From positions 1,612,001 through 1,676,000 of the forward strand of contig OZ234494.1 of NCBI GenBank assembly GCA_965153455.1: a stretch of 64,000 nt of DNA, written 5' to 3'. Source of the stretch: Sphagnum compactum (taxonomy: Eukaryota). The notes beneath the pieces were generated by a model that was not told the origin of the DNA, made no database searches, and was given only the letters and a program-made list of their open reading frames with translations. Positions 28,241 to 40,710 of the stretch are shown here, piece by piece; within the stretch, counting starts at the first letter, position 1; each line of letters begins with the position of its first letter. Made by a program: the position numbers and the translations under genes.

Positions 28241-29299
28241 ATTGAGGCAATCCTGGCTACTGTGGGGTTACAAAGGCCCTCTGATGATGGAGAGGACGCA
28301 ATGGGTTGACCTCCCTTTTTATTCCAGTCCACATGGGCAAGGCACATGGGATTGGCACATGGGTAAGGCACATGGGATTGCAAGCTCCTTCCTTAATAAC
28401 AGGTTGGCCCATTTGTATTCAAATCCCACTAAGCTATTTTTTGCATTTCATGTTCAATAAAATGGTTTTATGGTAGGCAAGTAAAGTACTTTGAGATATT
28501 ATAGCTAGTTTTTGAACATATTTAGAACATGTATGTGCTTACAACTTTAAACCCCCAGATGGAACAAATGAATATTTTAAAATGTTGAGGTACTTACTTT
28601 GTAATTGCTAGTTTTCATATCATATAATTCTACTAAACCCTAAACATTGTTTCAATGGATGGGTGGGTGTGTAACCTTTTATAGTGATCCCCATGGCCGT
28701 ACCAAGGTTGAGTTTTCATAAGAGGATTTATGCACTTTGGAGGTTTATTGTGATGGACCACACTATGGTATCCAAGGATTGATGACAATGGAAAATATTG
28801 TGCATCATGGAATTTTCTAGTTATATATTGGCAAGGCAACTTGGACATTGAGGTTAGGAGTTAACACATTTTTTCCAATCTTAATTAGGTAGCATTTACA
28901 TGTTTGATGAAGTTTTTAAGAGTTACAACTCTACACAATTTACAAAATCCAAGGATTGAATGTCAATGAAGGATATTTTACAACATGGAATTTCCTAGTT
29001 ATATCTTGGAAAGGGTATATGGACATTTAGGTTAGGAGTTGACACATTTTTTTCCAATCCTTATATATCATTCACATGTTTGATCAAATGTTTAACAAGT
29101 TAAACTTTGAATAGTTTGGAGTTGGAGTTTGGGGTACGTAGCTAAAGTTGTTTGTTGATGAGTTTATTTCCATTAAACATTTTGAGCTTAAATTTGAATA
29201 TAGAATGGGATTCAAAACCATAGTTTAAATACCAAAAAAACACAAAAATGGTTAAAACCCTATTGTTTGTCAAAATCAAACCCTAAACCTAGTTAAAAC

Positions 29300-30289
29300 C
29301 TAAAATGGTTGATCTAGTTGAACCACGTGTTAGCATCATAAAAAATCAATCAAATGACCTAGCAATTTTCAAATGCAAATTTTTTTTAAAAATTATGAAA
29401 TTTTTGCCACGTGTCATCATTACATTGGCACATGGGCTAGCTTTCAATAAACGATTCAAAAAATGAAACACATAATTTTAAACCATGTGTGAAATCGTGA
29501 CCATTTGAAATGAACAGTTCAGAAATATTCAAAAAATTGGTAAAACAATTTATCAAATTATCACATATTATGCCATATGTCACAATCATGACCATTCAAA
29601 ATGGACGATGTAGGATTATTGTTTTTTAGAAAAATCAGTTTATAAGATATTCCCAAAATTGTGCCACGTGTCACAATAAAAAAACGTTGAGATGAATGAT
29701 TCAAATCATAACACATTTACAAGAAAATAAATATGTGAAATCCCCAAAATTTGCCATGTGTCCATAGTAGATTTGATGAATTAAAAACTACATGGACCAT
29801 GTTTGGCCACCAAATCTTGAAGAGGATGATGAAAGGAGATAGCGTCATGTGGCACAATTTCGATCACCAGCTTTGAACGATCCAAATTTTTCCAAATTAA
29901 AACAAACTTTCAATAATTGAAATATTCATGTGCGTGCCATGTGGAAAGATTGTGACGAATTACATTTGATGGCCCAAATTTTTACAATTTGCAATAAAAC
30001 CATATTTGAAATAATTTCCAGTATTTCCATGTGGCAACATGTTATTAGTTGCATCTACTCACCAAATAAGTTGCATTGCAAATCGCAAACGACTATACGT
30101 ATATTGGAAGTCAAAGGATGGAATCGTATTTAGTTGACCTTTTTTTTACATCCATAATCCAATGTCACACGCAACTATTGACGTATGCGACTTGTCCAAC
30201 GCGACTAAAAGCTTTTTAGTCATATTTGTCGCTTGCAACTAAAACATAGTCGCAAACACCAGTCGAAAAAGGGCCATTTTCTACTAGTG
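29300..30289. mobile_element. 3' end of the CACTA element (subterminal repeats plus TIR)
   Basis: Ends CCATTTTCTACTAGTG (reverse complement CACTAGTAGAAAATGG) at 30289, preceded by clustered GTCGC/GCGAC/GCAACT and GCCACGTGTC motifs. Confidence 0.8.
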
Positions 30290-30361
30290 GATTTCTTTTT
30301 TTTGCGTAAGTTTGGATAGCCATAAGGTAGTCACGTGATTATTTGTTTCCATTTGTTTAAG

Positions 30362-32100
30362 GGACAAATAAGCAAATCACCTACTTAAATTGGAAGCACA
30401 AAAGGGCACTTGGCGCTTGCACACAAACTCGTCGCTTTCCATTCAATCATGGGTTTGTGCTCATCCTAATGATGTTTTTTATTTCCAAGATGCAGGTGAG
30501 GTGAATGGGATTCATGTCCCTTTCACCATAAGGATCCAGACACCTATATAGTTTCAGGCCATGTTCCAATTTAGTCAGAACGGGTTTATTTCTATGGATG
30601 CCATGTTTGGCACCAATGATGTGAAGTACCACTTATCCACATTGATGGTATTTGGTTTTCATTGCATAGGGGTGCTAGTTGCTTGGGTTATCACGAGTCG
30701 GCAAACATGTGAAAACTTGGTGGAGTGGTTGAGTGCCATGCGGGCAAAGCTTCTCTTGCATATGCCAAGTAGGAGACCATCATGTTTCATTGTGGATGAT
30801 GCCCCACAAGCACTTTGAACATTGTGATAGGATGTACATTGATTTTTTATTTTTTGTTGCATTGCCTTATGTTTTGGTATTACGTTAGCATGGGGATCCC
30901 ATAACATATTTATTGTTCATGGTAAGGGCCATGGTAAGCACACTAATTTTGGTTGTACCATGGCAAGATTGTGTGAGGTCGAGATCTTGTCCCAATTTTT
31001 TTTTGCGCATGACATGTGTTGAAAACATGGCATTTGCATTCCATGGAAAAAATCAAGGATTCAAATGTTAAGCGTGTAGTACTTGATTGCCTCCACATGG
31101 TGATGTTCATGACCATCAACCCAGATGAGACCATTGATGATTTCAAGGCACGTGAGAGGGAGATGGTGGTGGAGAGTTTTGATAACTTACAACATGGCGT
31201 TGCTTCGAAAAGATACTTTTGGGCTTATTATTGCCAACTCGGTAAGTAAAGGGTCCCCTCTCCAAGTATGGCATAATTTAAAACCTTTTTGCTATGGATG
31301 CATTACATGGATGCATGTTCATTATTTCACACATATTCGAGTTACATCATGGATTGAAAGTATGTTGTGCATGTCCATGCAAAGCTTTGGATGGTTGGGC
31401 TTAATTAGGTCCCACACTCAAATCAAAACACAAGCTAGCATGGAGTCTTATCACTGGGCTTTGAAACATTGGTTTTTTCTTGAGACCAAAGGTTTGAAGG
31501 GGTGCTATATTGACTGGTTAATGTGGAGGCTAACCACAATTGTAACACGATATTATATGCACCAAGCCAAGATGAAGAGGCAAGGGTTCATAAAAAAAAG
31601 GTCATGGCACAACTTGTGGTGGCAAGTGTTGACAAAGTTAGTTGGACTCCACACACTAATGTGATTTCACCTACCTTTTAGGGGGATGATGGTGGTGATG
31701 TTTGGCGAGTGCGGAGCCAACACCATCTTGGTGTTACTTACAAGATTCGTGCCCCTTTCATCAGATATGCAAGTTGTATTTGCGAATGGGCATTGTGAAG
31801 TAGTTTTTGCAAGCATCAAATTATTGTTCTATTAATGTGTATTGACCTTATAATAGAGAATATCATTGAGTATTGTGGCACGTATTATGGAACTCACCGT
31901 GGTGGTTTGAAATGCATGTTTGCTAATTCGGCATACTTACAATTGGATGATGGTGCATCCAATGATGAGGATTGCAACCGAAATCCGATCGATGAGATCA
32001 ACATTGTTGACATTGGGGAGCTTATGGCCATGGATGAGGATAGTTGTTTTGACAATGTCGATGTGCCAGAAGGTTCGTCCACACCCATGGATTGAGCCCT
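30362..32100 (+). pseudogene. Decayed MULE-domain, SWIM zinc-finger transposase
   Basis: SIQSWV..HPNDVFYFQ..IQT..SMDAMFGTNDVKYHLSTLMVF..VAWVI..CFIVDDA; TQASMESYH..LK; SWIM CICEW...FCKH at about 31775-31820. Stops and frameshifts, with probable short introns. Confidence 0.85.
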
Positions 32101-32659
32101 AGCCTACTTGCATGAAACAATGGTCAAAATCACCACAAAACATACCATGGGTGCAAGTGTCGAATTGTGTGACCATGCAGCATCACTTCTTTGAGGAGTT
32201 AGATCAAACATTCACCACTTTTGTTTAGCTTGAGTCAACGAATCCATGCACCCGGGAATGGTATTTTGCCGGGTGGATGATGGCTTCGGGAACTCCATCA
32301 ACCGAATGAAGGATTGGCACAAAACAATGATGGAGCACCTAAATACCCGTAAAAGAGGACTAGGGAATAAAGAAAGGTTTGTCACTTGTACCCATATTTG
32401 GACTTAATGTATGTGTAATTCAATTTTCATTTATAGTTAACCTTTACACCTTTCACCAAATCAAATTGAATCATGCACAATTTGCATTGGATAATAAGCT
32501 CCAACGCATGTATTAAAGTAATATCCAAATGATTGGTAACCAATATGTGTCAATGAATAATTGTTAATCACAACTAGATTCAATTATTAATGAAATCTAA
32601 AACTTCAAGTAATGCAAAAAATAATGAAAGTTTCTTGTTTGCATAGATCCAGTTCAACT

Positions 32660-33335
32660 GCAATACCCGACATTGTGTAATCCAAAAATGTGCAATACCC
32701 CTTTTTGGGTATCTAAGAAATGCTTTGGGGCCAATAAACTATCATTGGACCAAAACCTAAATGGATAGCAATACCCGTATAAGGTTACTCTGTATAACAC
32801 CATGTGTTGATTTATTTTGGCCTACGTTATCAAAAGGGTATTGCTCATGACCAAAAGGATGGAGTGAAGCTATAGTACCCCTCTCAAGGTAGCTCAAAAA
32901 TGCCAAGTGGTTAATAACATATTTTGACAATTAACGGAGTACTGCATAACCTTACCAAAAATCGAAAGGGAAATCAATACCTTAATTAGGGTATTTTGTA
33001 AAACGCCATGGGCTAAATCATTTTTTTGCCTAAGCTATCCGAGGGGTATTGCTCATGGCTAGAAGGATGGAATTAAATTGTAATACCCTTGTTCGGTATC
33101 CCATAAATGCTTTAGGGTTAATCACGTATTTTCTTACACTATGTGGGGTATTGCATAACCCTACCAAAACCTAGAGGGAAATCATTTTCCGCCTAAACTA
33201 TTCGAGGGTATTACTCATGGCCAGAAGGATGGAATTAAATTGTAATACCCTTGTTTAATATCGCAAAAATGCTTTTGGGTCAATCACATATGTTTCTACA
33301 TTATTTGGGGTATTGTATAACCCTACCAAAACCTA
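32660..33335. repeat. Internal block of the MULE subterminal repeat, same orientation as the left block
   Basis: GGGGTATTGCATAACCCTACCAAAACCTAG units, about 3 copies. Confidence 0.8.
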
Positions 33336-34369
33336 TCCAAAAGCTAACTTATTAATGATGTATATTTAATTAATGCATGTAATTAAATGTTTATTCTATG
33401 TAAATTGAAATTTAAGGAATAACATATCAAATAATGGCACTAATGATCATTAATTGTCACATTTCAATTTGCATTCCCTTTTGTATTAAAATATACTAAA
33501 ATATGTATTTTCTTCATCTTTTATTAAACTTAAAACACATGTGAAGTTTATTTGAATAAATAAATGGTTGTTTATGATTCAAAAAATATAAATGGTGCAC
33601 TATCTATCAATTTTTTGTTTTGAAAATATTTTAATTGAAATCATGATATAATTAATGAATTAATATGTGAAATTATAATATTCTTTTGCATTTCTAAAGA
33701 TATAATATTTACGTAGTTATTTTAACTTGGTAATATTTTAGTTAAACATTGTAGTTTAAAGTTGTTTTCAACATCATAACAATTCACTAATGGACCAATG
33801 CAGATTGGAATGAAGGTATTGCAAAACTAGCCACATTGATGGTATAAGGTTTACTTGAACAAAGTTTATAAATGTAACTACAATACCCTCATTGTGTTTT
33901 CATAATATCATTAACCATGAAATATATTGAGTTTCTTTTCTCATATTTAATCCATGTTCAATATATCATGCCAAATTGTAAAAAATTGGTCACATTGATG
34001 ATATTAAATAGAATGTTGAAGTGTAAATGCTTGATATGTTCATTATTTTATTGATAAGTCCATTGACAATGAGAGATAATAATAAAATTTTAAAAATCTT
34101 TACTTAATTAAATTGTGTGGATTTATTTAAAAAATTGCATTATTAAATATGTAATATCTTAATAAAAAAATTATGTTATATATTTTAAGTAAACATTAAA
34201 TATAGTGGAAAGACAATTTCAAATTCATAAATGGACCAATGCAAAATCGTTGGTATATGTACATGAAGATATTGTAATATTGGCCACATTGATGGTATAA
34301 AATTTTTATTCAACAAAGTTCTAATGTGTACTTACAATACCTCATTTGTATCATGGTTTAGGATATTGT

Positions 34370-35895
34370 CACAATTCGGTGTAGGTATTGTATTCCTTTT
34401 AGGTTTTGGTAAGGCTATGCAATATCCTTCCATGTTTCATGGTGAATGTAAATATCCCAAGATGATGCAGGTATTGCATTTAGACTCCATATGTTTGTTC
34501 AAGTAAAACATTCTACCATCAATGTGAAAAACTTTGCATTACCCTCATTTATTTGAATCAATATGTCTAGCATGATATCGTGAGCATGGAATAAGCATCT
34601 TAAAAAAATAGTCTTTTGTTTCATGGTTTACAATATTATTGTAAAATGATCTAGGTATTGCTTTCTTTCTAGGTTTTGCTAGGGCTATGCAATACCCTTC
34701 CAAATTCCAAAAGATATCTTATGGAGCCGAAAGGTTTTATGGGATAGCCGAAGAGGGGTAATGCATGTGAATTGAGTATTTTTGGGCATAAGCATTACCC
34801 CTCTGACAACTTGAACCAAAATAATTGGGCCCATGTTTGTACATTACCCCAAATAAGGTATTGCTTTCCTTGTAGGTTTAGGCAATACCCCTCTAGGTTT
34901 CAATAAATATGTGATGGAACCAAAAGATTTTTTATATACCCTAAGAGAGGTAATGCACACCCATTGAGTAATTTTGGGCACAAGTAATACCCCTCTAGTG
35001 GCCTAGACTAAAATAATTTAATCCATATTGTTTACAAAATATCCTCATCAAAGTATTATTTTCCTTTTAGGTTTTGTTAGGGCTATGCAATACCCCTCTA
35101 AGACTTAATATGTTATGGAGCCCAGAGGATTTATAATATACCCTAATAGGGGTATTGCATGTGCATTGAGTAATTGTGGACATAAGCAATACCCCTCCAA
35201 TATCCTAGACTAAAATAATTCAAACCATGGTGTTTATGGAACACCCTCATGAGGATATTGCGTTTCTTCTAAGTTTTGTTACGGCTATGCAATATCTCTC
35301 TAAGACTTTTGAAATATGTTGTGGAACCCAAAGGATTTTTAAAATATCCTAATAGGGGTATTGCATGTGCATTGAGTAATTTTGGACATAAACAATACCC
35401 CTCCAAAAGCTTGGACCAAAATAATTCAACCATTGTGTTTACAGAATACCTTTATGAGGATATTGCGTTCCTTTTAAGTTTTGTTAAGGCTATGTAATAC
35501 CCTTCGAAAACTTTTGAAATATGTTATGGAGCCCAAAGGATTTTTAATATACTGTAATAGGGGTATTGCATGTGCATTTGAATGACTCTGGACATAAGCA
35601 ATACCCCTCCAAGAGCCTAGACCAAAATAATTCAAACCATGGTGTTTACAAAATACCCGCATGAAGGTATTACATTCCTTTTAGGTTTTGTTAAGGCTAT
35701 CTAATACCCTTTTAAGATTCTTGAAATATGTTATGGAGCTCAAAGGATTTATAATATACCCTAATAAGGGTATTGCATGTGCATTGAGTAATTCTAGGCA
35801 CAAGTAATACCCCTCCAATAGCCCAAACCAAAATAATTCAATCAACAGTGTTTACAAAATACCTTCATGAAGATATTACTTTCCATTTTAGGTTT
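34370..35895. repeat. Right subterminal tandem array, ~205-bp period, about 6-7 copies
   Basis: GGCTAT anchor at 34683, 35081, 35283, 35488 and 35695. Each unit holds several inverted GCAATACCCC/GGGGTATTGC motifs. Confidence 0.9.
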
Positions 35896-36286
35896 GAAAT
35901 TCTAATTTTTAAGGGTAAAGAATTTTTTTTTGGTTTGAGTGTAAGATTAGAATCATTGTTTTGATAAATTTTGCAAACATACATATAAGAATATGTGGGA
36001 ATGTATTTTGAACTATTAACACAAGATGGTGCAAAGTGATGGGCCCATCCCTTGCCCAATGGACACCTTTTATGGCAACTAGAAGAAAGGCAACCACATC
36101 TAGGGCAATTGGAGGAGGGGCAACTACATTTGATACCAAAAAAACAAATACAATAAACCTAATGTGAGAATTTTGGATGAAGGTTATTTCTACATGATGA
36201 AGGTATTGCCATTATAGATAAAAGATGAAACACACCATGAGGGTATTGCAAAAATGGATAGATAGACAAAAATTCAAGATGAGGGT

Positions 36287-36600
36287 TGTCGCAACCCCAC
36301 TTTGGGCTAAGTGTGAGGGTGAAGCCCACACTCCCAAAAGTGGGAAGTTGGAGTCCTCCGGGATTCCTGAAAACTCAAAAGCAATTACAGGGGGCCAAAA
36401 CACCTCGCCCTGAGGTGTTCTTTATATCAATGGAAAGGTCTTGAAGTGTAGATGTCTAAAATGCCCTCGCATTGGCCATTTGGACATTTACAGCCCAAGT
36501 TATGGGCAAAAGAAGGGCCGGGAGTCAAACTGACAATTTGACTCCCGACCACTAAAAGTCAGGAATCGACCTCTTCCCGACGTCCGATGACAGAGTGCGA
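36287..36600. mobile_element. 5' fragment of the solo-LTR family, truncated next to the MULE right TIR
   Basis: TGTCGCAACCCCACTTTGG...CAGAGTGCGA aligns to 18508-18820, then breaks abruptly into CCCCGGGGGG and the MULE terminus. Confidence 0.85.
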
Positions 36601-38628
36601 CCCCGGGGGGACAGGTTCATCCCATCCATGAAATCCCAGAACGGGATGTTTTGGATGGTGCACTGGTGGGTGCTGGGTCATTCAAGCCGGCTACCAATGC
36701 CCAATTCTCCAAGTAAATCTCCAAATATTAATTGACAAGTACTATTAAAAGATCACTACAGAAATCATCATAGAATGGTTGTTTAAATTTTATCTTGGTT
36801 CACAAACTCACAATAGTGGTGAATTCAAACTAGCAGGTGTTTTATTTGGTGAGAGTAGAAAACAAGACAAGAGGTAGGATACTTTATCTCCTTTTGTGGT
36901 GAGCTTGACGAAACATTCATTGCTAACGAAGAATTGTAATAAGATGGCAAAGTTCTTTGATATTATGCATACCACTTCCCAATTAATGTGGTACTAACAA
37001 TATGTGTGTGTGACCCAAGCAGTGTTCTTTAAGAATTTTTGTTTGTACTCAAAATGGTGATCATCCTTAAGAAGATTTAGCCAAATATGAATATAATAAA
37101 ATATGAAGTACAATCTTTAATCATCCTCTTAATTTTTTTGCTATGCACTTTCAACCAAATTAAAAAATTTGACAGTTTTTAGTATTTTTTCCTGCCCACT
37201 TTTGGCAATTAAATCCCTCCAAAGTCACTTCAATTTCAATTTTTTATTTTCTAATTTTTCTTTTTGACAAAATTTCATCGATATGACAAAAGGCTGGACC
37301 CGAGTATACCATAGTTCCTCGCCTGGTTCAGCAGCAAGGGGTTGAAGAGTTAATTTGTTTTGTCATTTCTCACCACAGATGCACAAGGTGCACATGTGAT
37401 GACCTCAATTTTCAGATGAAAACTCATAAAAGACAAAAAAATGTAAAGATAACAAAAAGAAAAGAAAAACCTTATGGTAGCTGAAACTTCAAATATGGAG
37501 ATGAAGCTGCACATATCTAGGCTCCACCACTTTCATCAAACTCTCATATATGCATCTACATTTTTACATTCTTGGAAATGAAAAAATTCCTAAACATAGG
37601 AGACTATTTTTTAGCTGTCCTTTGATAGAAAGAATAATATATCAACACCATTGAAGCTTTTGTTCTTATCCATCCCTTTCCTATAACATTCATCAAAGCT
37701 TTTAATCTCACTTATCCCCAAGGCTATGAGCATTGTATGCAACACACAAAGGTGAAAGTGATCCATCAAACCCAATCACATGGGTATATTGTAAACCCAG
37801 CCCTTTTGACAATAGAGGAGATTGTGGGTTCAACATTTGGCACTTTCTAATGCTCTTCCAAAAATGCAAGATATTGTGAATATGGCAAAGGGAACCGCCA
37901 TTCACTAGTTGTACGATGTCCATCTCACATTAGGAAAATCGTTCAAACTAGGAACTTGTGAAAATCTAGAAAATGGCAAAGGGAAGCGCCATTCATTGAC
38001 AACCAAGTTGAAGTGAGTTTCCATCTCCATTGGGCTTCATCCACAATTGAGTTGCAATGAGGTTCCATGCATTGGATTACTGGTGGGTGATGCAGGTTGG
38101 CAATATGCATAAGTACCCTTGGTTGGATGCTTCCCCTTCATTGGCTTTTCTGGTTGGCCTCTCCAACCTGTGTTATCAATCAAGGTTTTACCATCAGAGG
38201 CATAGGTTACTTTATAGCAGGTCACTTTACAATAGGCTGATTTAGAAAGCTGAAGCCCCTGCGTTAGAGTCCGATGCCTTGATTGAACCAGCACCGACAC
38301 TGGTATCATGGTAAAAACTGGAAACCCTAAAAAAAAAAGTCTCTCCTAGGACTAAATCAGGGTCTCTGAGTCCAAATCTAACATTTTCAGCTTAAGTATA
38401 TAGCCACTAGCCCAAAGAGGTATCACTCAACAGGGTGAAGGTACCAGTGTGATACTAGTTCTGTTAGGAGGGTTTCAAGACGTCCAGTAACAGTGTACTT
38501 TTTCCTTTAATTTTCCCTTTGTTTCTTCCAGATTGTAAGGTTTGGCACAGGCCTCTCTGTGTGTTACTGTTTAGTTTTATGCTAAATAACTTTGAAAAAA
38601 GGACAAAAGGGAAATGAGAGAACTAACT

Positions 38629-38883
38629 TGCCATCTGAAATAGTGGGTGAACACTACTGTGCTCACTGTGACCCCAGTAAGTAACTTAACCCATTTCCTT
38701 GGTTGTTTTTGCTCTTTGGGTGAGAAAGTGGACAGAACCCAGCAAACTTTCTCATGCCATCTGAAATAGTGGGTGAACACTACTGTGCTCACTGTGACCC
38801 CAGTAAGTAACTTAACCCATTTCCTTGGTTGTTTTTGCTCTTTGGGTGAGAAAGTGGACAGAACCCAGCAAACTTTCTCATGC
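38629..38883. repeat. Perfect 126-bp tandem duplication
   Basis: 38629-38754 is identical to 38755-38880, with TGC junction microhomology. Confidence 0.95.
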
Positions 38884-39420
38884 TGAATGAAATAGGACAA
38901 CCATTGATAAATGAAACCAGTAAGGGGGCTGGTCATAAAGTGAACCAAATCCAGGTGGAAAAACTGTGATGGCACGGGCCACAACTGAGCCCAACCAGTT
39001 AGAGCTTTAGTCACACTGGGCTCTTGTGTCCAAACATCCAAACTCAAAACCCTGCTCACCTTGGGAGTGATTATTAAGAGACCCTTGGCCCCACCATTTG
39101 TTTACATGTATCTTAGCAGCAAACTTCCTAGTTTCCAAAGTAGGTCGTCATTAGGTCTGACTAGAGTTGCAGTGTTGGAAATACCATGGTCTTGGACATC
39201 GTACAATCTAGCCTTGCTATGAGTGGACACGAACTCAATCCTGAACTAGAAAAAGTGGCCAAGTGTGAACACTGATAGCCTATACAAGTGAAAATGGAAA
39301 AAGGATGTTTGCTACCACCAAGCTTCCACTACTTGTGGGCAACCCATCTCCGATTTGTATAGTGGAGAAATAATTTAGCTTATTTGTTTGTAGGGTTGAA
39401 ATTTTTTCATAAGCTTCCAC

Positions 39421-39604
39421 TTATGTCTATGTATATCCCTCCTGGAAAAGAGGAGGGATATTACACCTAGCTACTCATCAAGAGTGGGAGGGATGTACAA
39501 GATGGTGAAAGATTTTTCAGTGGACGATCCTTCTCACTCTTAAAGAGTAGATGTAATATCCATCCTCTAATTTCTAGGAAGGACATCCATATTCATGGAT
39601 ATAA
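39421..39604. repeat. About 185-bp foldback (inverted repeat with ~80-bp arms)
   Basis: 5' arm ...CCCTCCTGGAAAAGAGGAGGGATATTACAC..CTACTCATCAAGAGTGGGAGGGAT pairs with 3' arm ATCCTTCTCACTCTTAAAGAGTAGATGTAATATCCATCCTCTAATTTCTAGGAAGG. Confidence 0.8.
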
Positions 39605-40233
39605 TGTGTTCTCTTAAAACACTTTGGTATTTTCTCCAAGTGCTTTACACAGTGGGTAAAGCCATAATTGGGGGCAATTCTCAAGATAATGGACCTAAGA
39701 TGAGGCAGTAGTTGAATTTGGCCACATTTTTAGAATCTCCCTTATCCATGGGCTTTGCCCCTTTAACTCTGCACACGGCATAGGAAGGGGTTGGTTCTTA
39801 CACTACCAAGAGTGGGAGGGATGTTACACTTCCTTGCACGCCTAACAACCCTCCCCCTCCTACGTCTCATGACTGAGATATGTTTATGTTCAAGAACACC
39901 ATTGCTCCATGCTTTCTGATAAAGCCCACAATTGAGAGACATTCCCAAAATGAGGTGTTGAATACAACTACCAGCTCATTCCAGGCCCCTTATTTTGGGA
40001 ATGTCCCACCCCAAGGCTTTACCATGCACATGCATTTGATATGTTACTCGTTGGCAGGTAAAATTGGCTTAGCCCTTTCTTTCTCCTTACTATTTCTGCC
40101 TCCTTTTCACATTCTCTTGCAATAAAGTATGCAAGTTGTCATTAAACAATGTAAACAAATGACACAAGTATGATAGTAGAACCCTGTCTGTTAGGACAAG
40201 GAAAGGTCAAGCAAGTAATGCTGGAAGCAAACA

Positions 40234-40353
40234 ACAATCCACTATATATAATAATAAATATTATAAAAAATTAAGATAGTCCTCTGCAGTCCATACAATC
40301 CACTATATAAAATAACAAATATTATAAAAAACTTAAAATAGTTCTTTGCAGTC
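40234..40353. repeat. About 61-bp tandem duplication
   Basis: CAATCCACTATATA..AAATATTATAAAAA..ATAGT..TGCAGTCC occurs twice. Confidence 0.8.
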
Positions 40354-40710
40354 CTCTCAGACAATCTTTTGGTACTCTAACTATGAATATGCTTTAAAAA
40401 ATGAATGAAAAGAAAAGTACAATTGATTTTTAGAATTGGAATTTTATTGTTATAAGAATTGAACCCTAGACCAAGTTCCCGGCTCTATTTATGTTATAAA
40501 ACCAAAACTAGAACTGAAATACATGTCTTTGAAAAACAAGGAACTAGAACCAGGGGTTAATTGATAGTCAACCAAGTTAACCATCGATTTGATCCACGGT
40601 AGTAAGAACCAGACTGAAACCCGTGTGATTTCAAAACCAGAATTGAAATCAAAATAATTTTTTTATATTTTATAACCAAGCCCAGAACCAAATTCCCAAT
40701 TCGATGTATA

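Larger units (their letters stand above)
23871..36688 (+). mobile_element. 12.8-kb Mutator-like element (MULE), composite and non-autonomous
   Basis: Left TIR GCCCAGAGTGAACCAGCTCCCACCAGTGCACCA and right TIR TGGTGCACTGGTGGGTGCTGGGTCATTCAAGCC. Perfect 9-bp TSD GGCTACCAA (23862-23870 and 36689-36697). Internal MULE/SWIM transposase relic and oppositely oriented subterminal repeat arrays. Confidence 0.88.

Noticed and set aside
34370-35895. CRISPR-like array
   Set aside because: Whole units are repeated with no unique spacers, there are no cas genes, and the context is a eukaryotic TE.
38577-39059. 160-aa ORF with an internal 42-aa repeat
   Set aside because: The length is produced by the 126-bp DNA duplication; non-ATG start and no domain.
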